DNA of 64,000 bases from the human T2T-CHM13v2.0 reference genome, Homo sapiens: the NCBI RefSeq assembly GCF_009914755.1, contig NC_060928.1; one strand, 5' to 3'. This document shows positions 62,198 through 64,000 of this stretch, piece by piece. The position numbers were made by a program, and so were the translations under genes. Below the pieces are notes generated by a model, which worked only from the letters and a program-made list of their open reading frames with translations, made no database searches and was not told the DNA's origin. Every line of letters begins with the position of its first letter. Within the stretch, counting starts at the first letter, position 1.

Positions 62198-62680
62198 CAT
62201 TTTATATACAAATAGTTTTACACTAGATTTTTAGAGCTCCAATGAGATGCTTTTGCTTTTTTTAAACAGTCTATGTTGCCATTTCAAATTGGCACATTTT
62301 TTCACCTAATAGAGATTCCTAACAAGTAATATTTATCTCTGAATATGTCATTACTTCAAATATTACTCTCTCTTATATTAAGGTAACAGTACGCAATGTT
62401 GTACAAATGCTTTTTATGTACAAGTACTTTGACACTAGATTTTATGTACAAAGGCTGTATTTTATGTACAAATACTTTTACGCATTTTATGTACAAATAT
62501 TTTAACACTAATTTTTTAGAGCTCTATGGAGATACTTTTGCTTTTTCTAAATATTGCATATTGCCATTTCAATCTGGCACATATTTTCACCTAATACAGA
62601 TTTTTAAGAAGTAATAGTCTTCTAAATTGTCTCTGATAGTTCTTACTTCAAATATTACTTTCTTTCATATTAAGGTAACA
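62198..62680. repeat. Diverged ~195-bp direct duplication with an intervening ttttatgtacaa minisatellite
   Basis: Copies 62198-62388 and 62483-62680 align end to end by eye. Confidence 0.88.
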
Positions 62681-62689
62681 TTATTACAA

Positions 62690-62895
62690 CGATTATTAAT
62701 GTAGGGCTAAGAGTAAAACAGCTTGAATTTTCCTCTAGGCTCTGCCATTTCTATTCCTTTCTGTACCTTAATTTCCTCATCTGTAAAGATAGCCATTCTA
62801 CCAACCTCACTGGGATGTTGTGAGGATTTAGAGTTAATTCCTTGTAGAGTACTTAGAACAGTATATGGCAAATAATAAGTGCTCAGTAAAAATTA
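62690..62895 (+). mobile_element. MIR SINE
   Basis: tttcctcatctgtaaa...gttgtgaggatt...aagtgctcagtaaa. Confidence 0.72.
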
Positions 62896-63119
62896 GTGTT
62901 TCATACCCACATTTCAGAATTAAAACTTTATTATCAGAAAATAAATGTTTTGCTTTATATTATTTTAAAGTAGATGTTACTCAAATTCTCTTAAAGAAGG
63001 GTAAAAGCCCCAAATTTGAGCAAAATATGTGATTCATCCTGTAAATTAGCATCTTTTGAAAACTAAGTTAACTTGTTAAAAGCTATTGTTATTTATTGGG
63101 AGAATGTAAAAAATAAAAC

Positions 63120-63275
63120 TCAGCTACTAATAATAGCTTCCACTTCTCGAACACCTTTTATATTACTGGGACTTTGTCAAGGATCTTATATTATATCTTG
63201 ATTAATCTTTCCATTAGCATTATATAACTGATATTTTCATTTCCATTTTGCAGATGAGGAAACCAAGGATTAGAT
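63120..63275 (-). mobile_element. MIR SINE fragment
   Basis: ccattttgcagatgaggaaac. Confidence 0.6.
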
Positions 63276-63285
63276 AATACAGTTT

Positions 63286-63635
63286 GATGGGGTTTAAGAC
63301 ATGTTAGCCCAAAAATATGGCACCTTGACATTGGAGACTATAGCAGAAGCAGGAAGGTCATTCTCACCTTCCCCTCAAATTTGGTCCTAAAATCCAGGAA
63401 GGATTTTTCTGACCTTCCCTTGAAGTGGGTCATAAGACCCTCATTCTAGAGTGGCTTCCATATTCCCAGAAGAAAGCAAAATCCTATCTCTGAAGAAACA
63501 GGATACAGAGGAGAATCTGAACCAACTGGCCCTGCTAAGTTCTCCCCAGTTTATTTCCATTAGATCACACTCCATTTTTCCAATCACACTCCATGCTGCC
63601 TCTTCATCAAACCTAGCATATAAACTCAACTTGAC
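63286..63635 (+). mobile_element. MER31-like ERV1 LTR (partial)
   Basis: tgatgg...cccaaaaatatggcaccttgacatt...gtcataagaccctcattc. Confidence 0.7.
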
Positions 63636-64000
63636 ATGACTACCAGAAATAGCTGGAAAGAGAAAGAAAGAATACGACAATTACAATTGCAAGTAATATG
63701 ACAATATGAGGTCTTCAATGAACAGACAGGATAGTCTCAAACTCCTCAGTAAGTTTTATATTTTATTACTTTCATGAACATGAATGAACAACACATAACA
63801 CAGCACAGTGCCTTGCACAAACATTCAAGAGGTGCCTAGACAGACTAACAGGACCTTTCAATGCATTCAATTCCAACATTTGTTAATTGCCCCTAAGCAT
63901 AGTAACTGAAAGGAATAGTAAGATAATAAATGAGTTCTCACCACAGAGAGCTTGCAATGCATTCACTCACTCACTCTACACATATTTATTTACATCCTTA

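Overview
This is AT-rich primate genomic DNA. It is hominoid and most likely human, judging from an L1PA2/3-type insertion. It is dense in repeats and looks intronic or intergenic. I find no CpG island, no recognisable host protein-coding exon, no RNA gene and nothing prokaryotic. Roughly half the window is interspersed repeat: 17 Alus, old L1M fragments, two younger L1PA insertions, MaLR/ERV solo LTRs (THE1, MLT1, MLT2, MER11, LTR8, MER31), DNA-transposon fossils (Tigger2a, Tigger4, MER1A, MER58, MER3, MER47), and MIR/L2 relics. Many have readable target-site duplications (TSDs). The only real protein-coding ORF is the uninterrupted 741-codon C-terminal part of L1 ORF2 (- strand, 52706-54931); the other ORFs are repeat-derived or chance. 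The best non-repeat signals are a set of same-orientation CTCF-like motifs at 9.4-12.5 kb and two clusters of strong splice signals in unique sequence that could be unannotated lncRNA exons (- strand 31.3-33.9 kb, + strand 58.1-62.0 kb). There are also several local duplications and hairpins, and an AluY whose variants recall Old World monkey AluY lineages. I did not find a convincing new biological system. All subfamily calls come from remembered consensus sequences, not from a database search, and boundaries of old repeats are approximate.
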